The notes: generated by a model from the letters alone, not told the origin. DNA of 64,000 bases from Eledone cirrhosa (GCA_964016885.1 OZ024741.1:167524001-167588000); one strand, 5' to 3'; counted from the first letter of the stretch, positions 1 through 14,795 are shown. Made by a program: numbers and translations.

Positions 1-840
1 TATGATACTGCATATAACCTGAGTATATAGTGCCCTAAATGTGCACCCCTTTTTTCACAGTTATACACCCTATTCTCCCAAATAAAATGATTTTATCTTG
101 CAGTTTAGTAAACTGACAAACGTACGTTTTGACACTTCTTGCTCTGATGACACTAAGAGAATTACTAAGTCAACAGAAATGGTACTCCCCGTTTGGCTTT
201 TTAGAGGTTGGCAATTCTGTTATAACATCATACGACCTCTCCACTGTTATGGATATTTTCACAACACTGATACGCGGCAAAGATGTTTAGCAATTTATTT
301 ATTGATCAGAGGATTATATTATATGTGTATAGGTTAATTATAATTTTTTAATTATAAAACTGCGATCTTTTAAAATTCAGTAATGCGCCTCTCTGAGGTT
401 TATGCCACGGGATGCTGCCAAGTTGGCTTTAATGGTAGTGCCAGCCTTGCTTACACACTTATGCCAACTCGCAATCTTCATTTTGCAATTTCTACCGACG
501 CAGCAGCAGTTTCTTTGGATTTTGTTGTTGTATTTTATGTGTCATTAGTTATTTCTCTGTTTGTTTGTTTATATTATAGTTCTATTTCTTTTTTTGTTTG
601 TTTGCTACTTGGTGTATACTATATTATTTATTACACCATGGTACGTAACACCTGATAGACGTGGAAACTTAAACAACTTTTATTAACAACAAACTGGTGC
701 AAGTTTTATATTTTTATCAATAAGCAAATAAACTCAATCTTTTAAAACTTATTCTATTCATTCTCTAAGTTTCCTCCAAGGAAAAATAAACACTGTGCCG
801 AGTCAACCCAAAACAACTTTTTACTATATGTATTTTAATA

Positions 841-1167
841 ATAATTGTTTCTACTTTTGGCACAAGGCCAGCAATTACTCAGTACATTACTGGTACTTTA
901 TTTTATCGACCCCGTAAGGATGAAAGGCAAAGTTGACCTCGGCGGGATTTGAACTCAAAATGAAATAATAATTGTTTCTACTTTTGGCACAAGGCCAGCA
1001 ATTACCCAGTACATTACTGGTACTTTATTTTATCGACCCCGTAAGGATGAAAGGCAAAGTTGACCTCGGCGGGATTTGAACTCAGAATGGAATAATAATT
1101 GTTTCTACTTTTGGCACAAGGCCAGCAATTACCCAGTACATTACTGGTACTTTATTTTATCGACCCC
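841..1167 (-). mobile_element. Three tandem ~126-bp 3' fragments of tRNA-derived SINE family A
   Basis: Repeated ataattgtttctacttttggcacaaggccagc...gggatttgaactc, matching full copies elsewhere in the window. Confidence 0.85.
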
Positions 1168-1304
1168 CTATTATTATCTTTATTATTTGAATTTATATCA
1201 AATAAAACACACACAAAAAGAATGAAAGTACAGGCTTTTTTTTATGTAAAAGTTATTTTGTTGGCAGCTAGCTCGAAGTTCAATATTCAATAACGCCTTT
1301 ATTA

Positions 1305-1325
1305 CCAATTAATCAGTGACGTCAC
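1305..1325 (+). promoter_or_regulatory. Candidate proximal promoter: CCAAT box (1305-1309) and full CRE palindrome TGACGTCA (1317-1324)
   Basis: Motifs read directly, ~285 bp upstream of the ATG in non-repeat sequence; function inferred. Confidence 0.45.
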
Positions 1326-1606
1326 CGATATCAGGGGAAGCTACTCTAACAGAGAACGTCAACAAGCAGTTTATTAATACTAGACAAGCGAGTGATAAAG
1401 AAAGAAAAAAAAAAGGTTTATGATCCAACTTGTTATTTAACCACTTAAAAAAATATATATAAAGCCACTTAGTTTGTTTAAAGCAACAATCACATAGTAG
1501 AGGTAGTAAAGAAAATAAAAAAAAAATAAACGACCTGTTGTATTGTTGCTATGTGTACCTATTTTACCTATCGTAAAGAGCTGGTGTTGATAGTTCTACC
1601 TCTCAA

Positions 1607-1643
1607 ATGTCTGTCAGTGACCCACTACTAAAACAACTGAAAG
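1607..1643 (+). CDS. RUN-PDZ gene exon 1 ([12 protein letters not shown] + G)
   Basis: ATG at 1607; donor G|GTAAAC at 1644; phase 1 matches exon 2. Confidence 0.8.
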
Positions 1644-4600
1644 GTAAACACTCTAAATTACTGCTTTCGTATTTCAATTCAAGTGACAGCTTTCCGCTGT
1701 TTGACATTTATAAAAAAGCTTCGAATCATATCTATATCAATCTATATATAATGTATAACACATACGCACACGCATATATATACAAGGTGTCTCAAAAAAT
1801 GTATACAAACTTCAACAGCATTCTAATAAATATTGCCTGTAAAGGTAATGAAAATGTGTATATATTTTTGGGTGAATATATATATATATATATATATATG
1901 ATATTACTGAAATTACTCCCTGTTGCTACTCTGAGTTTTGCGGGTTCCCGTTGATTATGCATGAGTTATGTTCTCAGCGCAAACCCGCGAAACTCACAGT
2001 ACCAACAGAGTGTAATCTCGGTAATATAATAAATTTATACGATATTCTTTACTTTCATATTGAGTACTTTTCTCACGTTTGTAAGTCCTTACGTACGGGT
2101 ATATATATATATATATATATATATATAAGTTTTTCTTCTATGAAAAAATATTTGCGGAGAAAATAAAATTCAGTTATTTTAATTGTAATTAAAATAACTG
2201 AATATAATAAATATATACGATATTCTGTACTTCAGTTAATTTTTTTTCTTCTGGTAGTAAATGGGGAAATAGTTATCAATTTGCTAGACATCTGTATTAA
2301 TAATTAAAAACGCTCAACAATTTTTTCTTTTATTATATCTAAATTTTCTGAAACAACCAGTTGTCCGCTAACATAGGTTGTTTTTGGAAAACCTCTCCGT
2401 TTAATATATTGTGAAGGTAATCTTTAGTTTTAAAATCACGGATAATTTCGGATAATTTCCGTGAATGAAAATGACAATTTTATCAACATAATCTTAATCT
2501 ACATCTTCGAAAGTGTACCTCTGCGAAGTATTCAAAAAGAAAGTTATGAGGGAGCACTAACCCATATATATATATATAATCTGAGTTTTTCGAATATTAA
2601 TAATAACAAGCCCCAATTTTGAGGCTTGTTTGCATAATCGAATGTTATTAATATTCGTAAACTCAGATTACATTTATTGTATTCAGCTATGTAGAGCGAA
2701 TTTTTTTATTTTTATTATATATATATAGGTTAGTGTATATGTATATATATTACAGAGATATATTTTCGAAGGTATACATTACGATTAAGTTTTAAGATTT
2801 TAAATTGTCATTTTCATTCACGAACATTACCAATTGTCTGTAGTCTTAAAACGAAGGATTACCTATTGATACAGCTCATAAGGCGTGTCGTTATCAGGAT
2901 ATAATTTCCTTCCTTATTTAGGTTGTTACTTTTTTAGTTGTAGTTTCCCCGCCCGACTGGTTATACGGCATTTCTTTAACGCAATGAGAAATGTTTAATA
3001 AACATTTCAATAACTCAGATTTATTTAATTTCCTTATCCCTGCTTAATAGCTAGAAATAAAAGCTAAATTTCACTAGCATTAAACCCTGCTACCTTAAAT
3101 AACACCTTGCATAATGTAGCCCTAGATACACTGCTGAAAAGAAAAAAAAAACGGGATGATCGCATTTAGAATGTCTTTGATCTTCGGTAAAATTCATTTC
3201 TGGTATTTCTACAGAGGGTGGGGCCCACCACGTTTACTTAAGCAGACTGTCCTAAAGCCTATAAACCATGTGGGCAATTCGTTTTTAAGTAACTTGCTCT
3301 AGTGTTAGATTCAAACCTGACATCAAGGTGTTAAATAATCTGTGTTGACAGACAACCGTTAGATAGATAGACATACATCCCTTTTCCCACAGCCAGCTAA
3401 GAACTTTAATAATATAATACATTTTTTAGAGTGACATACATAGACTTGCAATTAATCTAACACTCAAAGAGAAAGTAACATGTGCATATGTTTTTTTTAA
3501 TTCTTTTACCGGTTTGCAGTCATTAGACTAGACCATGCTGGCACAGCAATGATTTAGCCAATCATATTGACTGCAATACTTATTTTTTCTAGTCTGGTAC
3601 ATTTTTATCGATTTCTTTTTGACGAACGGCTAGTTATGGGACATAAACAAAGACATAGACACACATACACACACACTAAGGCTACTAAATGAGGAGAATA
3701 AATGGGAGAAAGACAGTCTCCCCCACATCGACCCAATAGAGGGACCAGCAGTGTTAGTCGAGGGTAGTATAATAAGTAAGGCAATCAAAGATATGAAGAC
3801 AGGCAAGGCGGCTGGGCCTTCGGAAATAGTTGCCGAGATGCTGAAGGCATCTGGTACGGTGGGACACACCATGGTCACCCGGATAGTCAACCAAGTCATA
3901 CAGAATGGGGTTGTTCCGAAGGACTGGCGCAGCAGCATTATCGTTAACTGTTATAAGGGTAAAGGAGATGCCCTAGATAGGAGTAACTATAGAGGCATTA
4001 AATTAATCGACCAGGTCATGAAGGTCACAGAAAAAGTTATAGCGCAACTAATCAGAGAGCGAATTGATCTAGATGAAATGCAGTTCGGGTTTGTGTCAGG
4101 AAAAAGTACCACAGACGCTCTTTTCATTGTACGACAACTACAGGAGAAGTACCTAGCTAAAAGTAAACCCCTATACTTAGCTTTCGTCGACTTGGAGAAG
4201 GCCTTCGACAGAGTCCCCCGTTCCATTATCTGGTGGGCTCTTAGAAAACTAGGTGTTGATGAATGGCTTGTGAGAGCTATACAAGCCATGTATAAAGAAA
4301 CAGTTAGCAAGGTTAGAATTAACAACGAATATAGTGAAGAGTTTAGTGTAAAAGTTGGTGTTCATCAGGGCTCTATTCTTAGCCCCCTACTATTTATTAT
4401 TGCTCTCCAGGCTATAACAGTGGAGTTCAAGACCGGCTGCCCATGGGAACTCCTATACGCAGATGATCTAACGCTCATAGCTGAATCAATGGCCGAGCTA
4501 GAGAAGAAATTCCAAACATGGAAGCACGGCCTAGAATCAAAAGGCCTTAAAATTAACCTAGCTAAGACTAAAGTTCTAGTTTGTAAGAAAGAAAATAAGG

Positions 4601-7600
4601 CGGCGGTCCCCTCCGGGAAGTGGCCATGCGCAGAGTGTAGGAAAGGCGTAGGTAGAAAATCCATTTTGTGTCCCAAATGCAAAGTTTGGGTGCATAAAAG
4701 ATGTAGTGGGGTCACAGGTAAGCTAACTAAGAACATAGATTTTACATGTGGCCGGTGTTCTGGGGATATAAGTAGCAGCAAGTGCCCACAAAATACTAGC
4801 TCTTTCAACTGCGCAGAGGGTTCTATAGAAATAGTGGACAGCTTCCGTTACCTGGGTGACAAAATCAGCAGTGGGGGAGGGTGCTCTGAAAGTACAGTAG
4901 CTAGAGTCAGAACTGGGTGGAAAAAGTTCAGAGAGCTTATACCACTATTAGCCGCTAAAGGGTTCTCCCTAAAAATGAAAGGCAGGCTGTACGATGCCTG
5001 CATACGAACAGAATGTTGCATGGCAGTGAGACCTGGGTATTGTGTGCAGAGGATATACGCAGACTAGAGAGAAACGAAGCTTGCATGCTCCGCTGGATGT
5101 GTAATAGTAATATACGTGAACGACAAAGCATAAACGAACTAAGGAAAAAATTAGAAATAAGAGGGATCAGATGTTGTTTACTAGAGAGAAGGCTACGTTG
5201 GTATGGTCACGTGATGCGCATGAAGGATGATAGCTGTATAACAAAGTGCAGGGCAATAAAGATAGACGGTAGCCACGGAATAGGCAGACCCAGAAAAACC
5301 TGGGACGAGCTGATAAACTCCGACCTCACACACTTACACCTCACCAAGACAATGTCACTGGACCGAGACCTTTGGCGGTACTCAGTAATAGAGAAGACCC
5401 GCCTTGCCAGTAGGCATCTCTAACAAAATACACCCCGTCCCACCACCACCACCCCATCCACACCACCCCGTTCTATGTAAAGTTATGTTGGTGCCACGCC
5501 ATCCAGGCCGAAACAAATGAGATCGTGTAGGTGTCACGACAAAAAAACACACAGTCCACGCTGTAATGTGGCCGTGTAGGCAACACGGTAAAAACCTCCC
5601 AGACCCACACTGTAAATGTGGTTGGTGTTAGGAAGGGCATCCAACTGTAGAAAACCTGCCAGACAGTCCTATGCGAGCAAGACAATCACTCTTGCCTCAA
5701 GTGGGACTACCCCCGTCCAAACCCATGCAAGCGTGGAACACGGACGTTAAACGTTGATGATGATGATGATATATATATCATCATGATCGTTTAAAGTCTA
5801 TTTTACACATTAGCATGGGTTAGACGGGTTGTCCTATTTGAGACAAGTTGGGTCAGATGACTGTATATTGCTCATACAGAACTCTTTCTGGCTTGGTTTC
5901 TACGACTGGATGTCTTTCCTAATGTCAACCATATTTACATTGTGTGCTGGGTGCTTTTTGTCCTGACATCTACATGACCACTTTACAGTGTGGGCTGGGT
6001 GCCTTTGTTGTGACACCTACGCAACCACTTTACAGTGAGGGCTGGAAGCTTTTTATCATGACACCTACACGACCACTTTACAGTTTGGGCTGGATGGTTT
6101 TTGTTGTGACACCTACACGACCACATTACAGTGTAGGCTAGATGCTTTTTGTTGTGATACCAACATGACAACTTTACAGTGTAAGGGTGAAGTGATTGGA
6201 TGGGGTGGAGGTGGAGGAAGAATAGTGGTTAAGAGGTGTCTACTAGATGTATGCTTCAGTCCGTGTGCATCGGAAGGCAGGTCTTCTGTATTACTGAATA
6301 ACGCCAAAGATTTCGATCCTGTCTTTGAGAGGTGCAATTATGCAAGGTCAGCTTTTATCACCTCATCCTGGGTCTTCCTACTCCATAGCTTCTACCAACT
6401 TTGATCGCTCTGCACCTTTTTATACAGCTGTCATCCTTCATGTGGTCCCTCTTATACCCATTTTCTCTCTCAGTTCATTTACACTTTGCAGTTTGTGTAT
6501 ATTACTATTACACACCCATTCGAGCATGCAGGCTTCATTTCTTTCCAATCTTTGCAGGTCCTCTGCACACAGTATCCAGGTCTCATTACCATGCAACATT
6601 GCTGTTATACATACATGCATTGTACAATTTGCCCTTCATTTTAAGAGAAAAACCTTTTGTAGCTAGCAGCCGTAGTAGCTCTCTGAACTTTCTCCTTCCC
6701 GTTCTTACTCTGGCTTCTGTACTTTCGGAACACCCTCCTCCACTGCTGATTTGGTCACCCAGGTAACGTAAACTGTCAACTATTTCTACAAAGCCGTCTG
6801 GGCATTTGAAGGAGCTAGTATCCTGGGTCACTTGCTACTTATTGCACCTGTGCATTGGCTGTATATAAAACCTACAAAACCTACATAGCCTGCCTGTGAG
6901 TCCACTACATCTTTTATGTACTCATAGCTTGCATTTGGGACATAGGATGGAATTTCTACCTACTCCTTTCCAGACATCCTAAAACATTCCAGATGTGGTC
7001 ATCATTTGTCACACATGTATTGAAATCTCCAAGAAGCAAGAGCTTGTCTGAATGTGGAATCAATGTTATATACCTTCGTAAATCTTAGTAAAAAGCTATG
7101 ATTGATTCCTGGCTACTAGCTAGGGTAGGTGCATCCACAGAAATGACAGTCATGAAACGTCTCCATGAATGAGAAACTCTCAGATGCATAATTCAACTAC
7201 CAATGCCTTGTGGTTGCTCCAGCCACTTTGTGACCTCTGTCCAGACAGTGAAACCTACTCCATTCCTTTTCACCTCATTTGGTTTCCCTTTTCAGAAGAA
7301 CATATAGACAGTACCATTTCTGATAGATGACGACCACCACTAAGACGGGTTTCAGAGAGCCAGCTATATCAATATTATACCTGCTCAGTTCCCTGGCAAC
7401 AATAGCAGTTCTGCGTTCTGGATTTGTGGATGATTCCTTCTCAGGAAGTGTTCTAATATTCTATGTAGCAACCTTTAATGTAATTCTATTCTTTTAGAAA
7501 TTCTTCTGAAAATTACTATTCTTTGTTTTGTTTTTCTTGCTGGTATGAACAACTGCCAGCTGCAGGTAGCTGTCCAGTTTGATGGTAGAACAGACAATGT

Positions 7601-10600
7601 TTGGGTCACCTTTTCTTGACCTCTCCTACAATATAGGTGAGCAGTGTTCTCCTTTGAAAGGGCTGCTCAGTCACAAAAGACTCCACCCAAGCCAATTCCT
7701 ACTCGGAAAACTGGAAAAAACTTTAGATAAGCCTTAAGTCTCCTGCATGTAGATTACTATCTGTATACCTCCAGCTCATTATGTCTGTATATGTTACTGC
7801 TTCCCCATTGCCGCAGGACTTTGAAGAAGTATCTGCACAAAGAGATCAAAGTAGCGTGTGCTCGTGCTCACACATGCTGTTCTCTAAGTATCAACAGCCA
7901 GAATCCAATGACAAGCAGATGCAAGTTGGTTGGTAGCTGTATCAACCGCAGGCGTTTCCCCGGAGGATTATTAAGCTAGTATTTGGCACATAACAAAGGT
8001 TCTTACATAAAATAATGATGGAAAGATTTTAGATAAATATAAACACTTTAAAATAAACAGCTTTGTATCATAGAACCAGAGTGGTTCCATGTGGTTTGGT
8101 ATCAAATGGGTTAAACAACCCAGAAAATTTTGATTTGCTCTACAATTTGTACTATAACAGATTGACATGATTTTCTACCATTGTCTTTACCTTAGCATTG
8201 ATCTTGGAATTCCGTCTGGCACAGGACGCAGTCAACGACAAGAACCCAAAACTCCAAACTTTATGTGACATTATTGAAAAGATTTTCCGGAAAGGATTAA
8301 AACGTAAGTATAAGAGTAAACATCTCGTTGACTTACAAAGTGTGGGAAATTTGAAATAATGTTTGTCCCAATGCAGATAAATATAATAATAATTGATCAC
8401 TATTGTTCCCCTTTTTTACATTTCTGTTGGTACTTCGACTGATTTGTTTAAAGGCATTCCAGCATGATGTTTTGAGCAGATTGAGCAACTGTTTAGTGGG
8501 TTCCTTGTTGGCTTGAAGAATACTTTGCTTAATGGGGTTGTTATTAGGAAGGGCATCCAGCCAAATTTACTGCCCCATCAGAACAAAGTACAGCATGGCC
8601 AATCCTGGCAGGGTAGTAATTATATAGGAAATGTCCTTGTTCTGTGGGTGGTAGTGTTGAGGGTGAATTACTCTTTATTAATATATTATTTATCATTCTA
8701 TCTCATTTTAGGCTAGCAGCCCTCCTTAGCATTCATCATCATCATTGTTTAACATCCATTTTTCGATGCTTGCATGAGTCAGACGGGTTGTCATCATTGA
8801 GAGACAAGTCTGGCCAGGATTGGCCATGCTGTACTTTGTTCTGATGGGGCAGTAAATTTGGCTGGGGTTTTTACAACTGAATGCCCTTCCTAATAACAAC
8901 CACATTTACAGTGTTGGACCTTTGCCTGTCTTTATTAATACCTAAAATAAATACAATTACATAAAGTAACTACGTTTGGTATAAATTGCTTTAAAAAAAT
9001 ACAGACAATCTTCAGTTGATCAGGGATTATTGATTCAATTAGAATTGAATCTAAGCAATCCAGATTCTTAAAAATCTGTAAAAAAAAAGTTTATTATACC
9101 AAGTAGATAAAATGTAAATTTAATAGACTAAACCTTGTGGTTTTGAATCTTACTGTTAATAATTTCATTTTAGTCACATCTCTAACTCCTTCTTAAATGC
9201 ATATAATTTGATTATACTCTCTCTCCACCAAATTTGAATGTTGTTACAATATATAAAAAAATTCAATACTTTGGTATTCAATTAAATATATGATAGAGTC
9301 CCTATCGTTAAAAGACCCAAGAAACCTCCTATGAGATGTAACCTCATTGAAGGCCAGCTAAACCTACATGATAGGAGTGGAGCTCATATCATTGGAACAT
9401 CAGAGTAACCCCCTATCTGATGCAACCTCATAAGAGGTCAGCTAAACCTGCATAAGTTTCATCTTCATTTTTTTTCATTTACCTTACAGAGAATGGAGGC
9501 TGGTTTTCTAAAACTGATTATTGGTGCTGGGTGTCCAAGACAGTGTATGATGTGGCCAACATCAGGTGAAATACTTGTTCAATGTTCTTATTTTACTTAC
9601 TATTTTTTCTGGTGTTTTTTACCTAAAGATTTGATATCAAAATCTGCATGTATCCTATACACCAATGGTATGAATATAATAATTTTTTTTTTTTTTCACA
9701 AAACCAGCAATTTTGAGGGGAAGGGAAAGTCTTTATATTGACTCGGCTACTTGGCTGGTACTTATTTTATCAACACTGGAGGATGAATGGCAAAGTTAAC
9801 CTAAGCGAGATTTGAACTGAGAATGTAAAGAGCTGGAACTAATACTGCAAAGCATTTTGTCTGATACTCTAACAACTCTATCAATCCACTACCATAATAA
9901 TGGTTTCTGATTTAGGCATAAGGCCAGCAATTTGGGGGAGCAGAAAGTCGATCAAATTGACCCCAGTGCGTGACTGGTACTTTATTTTATCAACCTCATA
10001 AGGGTGAAAGGCAAAGCTAACCGTGGCAGGATCTGAACACAGAACATAAAAAGCAATGATTCTCTACTAATATAAGGATGATGGATCCTCCATCAGTTTC
10101 AATGATGAACATTCAGTTGTCTGATCAACTGGACGTCCAGCTAACATAGGTGCAGGCATGGTTATATGGTTAAGAAGTTTGCTTCACAATTACATGGCTC
10201 TGGGTTCAGCCCCTTTGAATATTTTTCTTCAAAATAAGATTGCTTTTTATAATCCGAAAATGTGGTAAATCATTTCTACTTTTATGTATCATAATTATCT
10301 CCCTTTTATTCTATAGGTTTCAGTCATTTGACTGTGGCCATTTGACTGTGGCCACTTGACTGCGGCCACTGCCTTGAAGGGACTTAGTCAATCATATCAC
10401 CCTCCCAGTATTCATTTTTTTTTCAACTTGAATTCTTCTCTGCTTGCTTAACTTTATGATTTCACCATGCATATTTATAACAGAGATGTTAGTTCCTCCT
10501 CCTCCTCCTCCTCCTCCCTGAGAGAGTTATGTGGAGGTAGAGTCCTCAGACACGCCTTCTAGGGGGTCCTGTCAGAAGCAATCACCTCTAAATGATCCAG

Positions 10601-13003
10601 CTGTATCCCCAACTGAGCTTATGGATGCAATCGAACCATTTGGCTTGTCTACTGCTTGGTCTCTTACCAGTTGGCTGTACTTGTAAAATCTGTTTTGGGA
10701 TTCTTTCCTTAGACATTCTTACCCCTTCTGTAGTGCCTGAGTTGTGATCCCTCAATTCATAGTTGTGGCTCTCTTTGATCTTTGAGCTATACACCCTATC
10801 AAGTAATGTTACTCGAAAGATCCTTCAGGGGATCCTCATTTCGGCCACATGTATTCGCAGTTGTATTCTTTCAGTCATTACCCAAGATTCATGACCATTG
10901 GTAAGGGTAGGTAGGCATGGACACTAAATTGAAGATAGCAAGTTTGGCTTTCACACCTATATCTCTACTTCTGATGACTGAGTGCTGAAGCTAGCATTTT
11001 ATTGTACCTGCTCCAGCAATGTTTGCATTTAATTCAACCCCTGCCTTCCAACACTTGTGAAAACAGCTTTGAGATTCTTGAACTTCTCCACCTGCATCAG
11101 TGCATGTCTGATTTATTTTGGTTTGTGTATTCAATTTGTTATATATACTATGGTGACTAAAAGGATTGGTACCAAGAAGGGTATCCAACCATAAAATATT
11201 ACCTTATAAAGGACCCTCTGATGAGTATGAAGTTTGTCATGGGCTCTGCAAAGCTTTATTAGGAAAAATGACCTTAAAATGTTTGTTGTACACTTCAGTT
11301 CTTTTGATGTATGTATCTGGTTTAGAATAGGTACATTATAAAGAAAGAACATAGTATTTGAAGAGAGTTGGCTTTATCAAGTGGGGAAGAACAAGGTGGT
11401 AGAAGTTGTCCAGAAGTGTTGGTGTCTTTAAATGCTTGTATTCAATTTATTGTATGTTCTTCATAAATTTTGAGGAACACATCAGTGTTGGATTGGGATA
11501 TTGCAAAATGTAAGAGTTTAACTTCAGAAAGTGGTCAGATGAGCTCTCCATTGAACAGTTGATCACCTGGCAGGTAGCTCTCTATATATCACATAGTTGC
11601 TGACACCTGTTCTGAAAGGTCCTACGTGCTGAATCAAATTCTTACTGGAAAACAAAGCCTACAACAACAAACATTTTAAGGCTCTTGTCCTCTGCATTCC
11701 CAGTTACCAACTCCATAGCTTTTATTTCTACCTCCATCACCTTTATCTTATATTCAAACATTAACAAGAATATTTTAATATGCTCGATTCTATTTTACTA
11801 ACCTATTGCATGTAATCTTGCAGAGTTAATCCAATCTTTGTCATGGTTATCAACTTGGTAAATGAATCCAAGAAGGTGAATATATTTATCTTAACTTTTT
11901 CCCTTTGTTTTGTTTAATTGTTTTTAAGGGTTGATAAGACTCTTCAGTTGTATAATGGGCATGACATCTCTCCTAGGGCTGTTACCATGATAAAACACGC
12001 CCGCTACACTCTGGTGTTAAGAAAGTCAGTCAGAAATAGAAAACTTGCTAAACATAGGTTGAGAAAATATGACTTTGAAGTTTCACCTGTGATTGGCTCT
12101 GAGTGCTGTCAACAAGCGAAACATCGAAGTTAGTGTCAGTGCTGGTGCTACGATAAAATGCATCCAGTACACTCTGTAAAGTGCTGGAACATGTGTAAGC
12201 AAGATATGGGGATCTGGCTCATCTGAGAGGACAAAAGCCCCAATTAAATAATTGTTTCTACTTTAGGCACAAGGCCAGCAATTACCCAGTGCATTACTGG
12301 TACTTTTATTTTATCGACCCCGTAAGGATGAGAGGCAAAGTCAACCTCGGCGGGATTTGAACTCAGATCGTAAAGGGACATAACTATGCTGGAAAGCATG
12401 GCGTCCGACCCTCTACCGATACTGCCAATCCACATAATGACTTGATGTGTGATGACCTGCCTAGCATGGAAAATAGATGTTAAATGATGATGGTGATGAT
12501 TTATGTTCTATGATCAGGCTATGTTTAGAATAAAGTGTTCTTCAGGCAGGAATGTGTTTAGAATAAAGTGTTCTTAAGACTGGAATGTGTTTAGAATAAA
12601 TTTTTACCCAGACAGCAGTGTGTGTAGTATAAAATATTTTATGGTCAGGAATGTGTTTAGTATAAAGTATTATTTTCTCAGTAGACCAACATCATCATCA
12701 TCACCATCACAACAATGAACAAAGAAAGAAGCCTCTAAGCAATGTAATAGCAGTTAAATATCCATCAAATAATGTAGTATTATGTCTGAAAAATAAAAAA
12801 ATAAAAGCTGTGATAACTATTGCGCAAACATTCCTGATCTACTACTACCACCACCACCACCACCACCACCACCACCACTACTACTAAACCACCACTACTA
12901 CTAAACCACCACCACCACCACCACCAGCACCACCACCACCACCACCACCACTACTACTACTACTACTACCACCACCACCACCACTACCACCACCACTACC
13001 ACC

Positions 13004-13035
<32 letters not shown>

Positions 13036-14795
13036 CACTACCACCACCACCACCACTACTACTACTACTACTTATAAGATAATGTAGTCCTAGGTACACT
13101 ATACTTGGAAAAAACAGTTGACAAGTTGACAGTAGTCTTTGCTTGAATATCTTTGATTCCAGGTGTGCTCTACAACATGTGTTGTTCTTCATTTTTAGGT
13201 ATGCAGTCTTCAAGGCAAAGGTCGTTTATTCATCCGATGTGCACTGGTGAAGAAAGTATTAGGAGTGGCTGTGGAACTTCTGAGAAAAGATCATCGATTG
13301 ACTGATGTAATAATTTCTTTCCTTATCTGTTTTCTTTATTTTTTTCTTTTGATATTTGTTTTCATTTTTTTCTCAAGCCTTTTGTTACTATATTTTTAAT
13401 TAAAGACGTAGCCTATAAGTTGCAAGTAATTTTGAAAAAAAAAAAATTTGGAGGGATTTAGTAATAAAAATAACTTTCTTATTAAGCTGGTGTTTGAAAC
13501 AGAACTTGACAAAGGTTCTTACATAAAATTATGATGGACAGTTTCTAGATAAATATATCATTTTAACCCTTTTGCTACCATATTTCTAATGAAAAACACT
13601 GTCTTTGATTTTCAAGTAATTTTGGAAATAATCAAGAATTTGGAAGGATTTAGTAATATAACTGACTTTCTCATTATTAAATTGGTGTATGGAACAAAAC
13701 TTAACCAAGGTTCTTACATAGTATTGTAATGGAAGGTTTTTATATGAATATAAACTATGGAAAAGGAAGACCTAAGAAACTTTGGGATGAAATAATAAAA
13801 GCTGACCTTGCACAATTTAACCTCTTGAATGAAGTGACACAGGATTGAGATCTCTGGCATTTTGCTATTCTGCAGAAGACCTGCCTTCCTATCTGCATAA
13901 GATGTGCACATGTAGAGGCCTCTTGATACACCAATCTTCTCCCTACCCCTCCCCTATTCAACTTCGCCAAACTTAATAACAACCCTCCCACCAGCTAAAT
14001 ATCCCACTCACCTTGAACTTGCTTGCTCATTCCTTCTCCAACCCCCACTTCTCACACACACACAAAAGGCTTCTACAGATTTGATCTACCAAATTCACTA
14101 ACCCAGTATTGGAGAGCCTGAGGCTAATGTAATAGACACTTGCCCAAGATGACAAACTGGGATAGAACCTGAAACCACATGGTTGTGAAGCAAACTTTTT
14201 AACTACACTACAGAAGACATGCTTAGACTGGAGATAAATGAAGCAGCCATGCTTCATTGGATGTGCAATGTAAATGTGAGAGAAAAGCAGAGCTTGGGTG
14301 AACTGAAGGAGAAGCTGGGTTTAAGAGGAATCCAAGGTGGTGTACAGGAGAGAAGACTGTGTTGGTACAGACATGTGATGCGTATTGATGATGATTGATG
14401 GGTGAAGAGGTGCCAAGAAATGCCTGTGGAAGGAAGCTGCAGTTGAGGTAGTTTGAGGTAGTTCGAGAAAGACATGGGCAGAGCTGGTGAGAGGTGACCT
14501 CAAATTACTGAGATGCACAGAAGAGATGATAAAGAAACGCAGCAAGTGGGGAATGTTGTGATGAGAAGGATCCATCCAACCCTTACAAGCATGGAACAAA
14601 AGGATGTAAAAATGATTATAATGCCATAGTTACACCTACAAATAATATTTATTTATATATTTAATTATACACTGATTATGTTTGATAATTTAATTCTGCT
14701 AAAATTTAAAATAATTATTTATGATAATTTCAGACATGGTATGAAGCAGAATTCTCTATTCTTGGCAATGAAATACTCTCAGGTATGTACATTGT

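Noticed and set aside
141-190. CTGATGA...GAAA near the window start, and CTGATGA at ~16176
   Set aside because: No stem I/II pairing; the latter is just part of a foldback arm.
440-520. Possible divergent gene start on the minus strand (MKIASWHKC|gtaagc)
   Set aside because: Nine codons only, next to a repeat shared with ~24.5-24.8 kb; cannot be supported within this window.
1607-1954. 115-aa single-exon ORF
   Set aside because: Only the first 37 nt are exonic; the rest runs through intron, MITE and microsatellite.
12884-13213. Gly/Ser-rich ORF
   Set aside because: Antisense translation of the (CCA/CTA)n tract and of exon 5's acceptor region.
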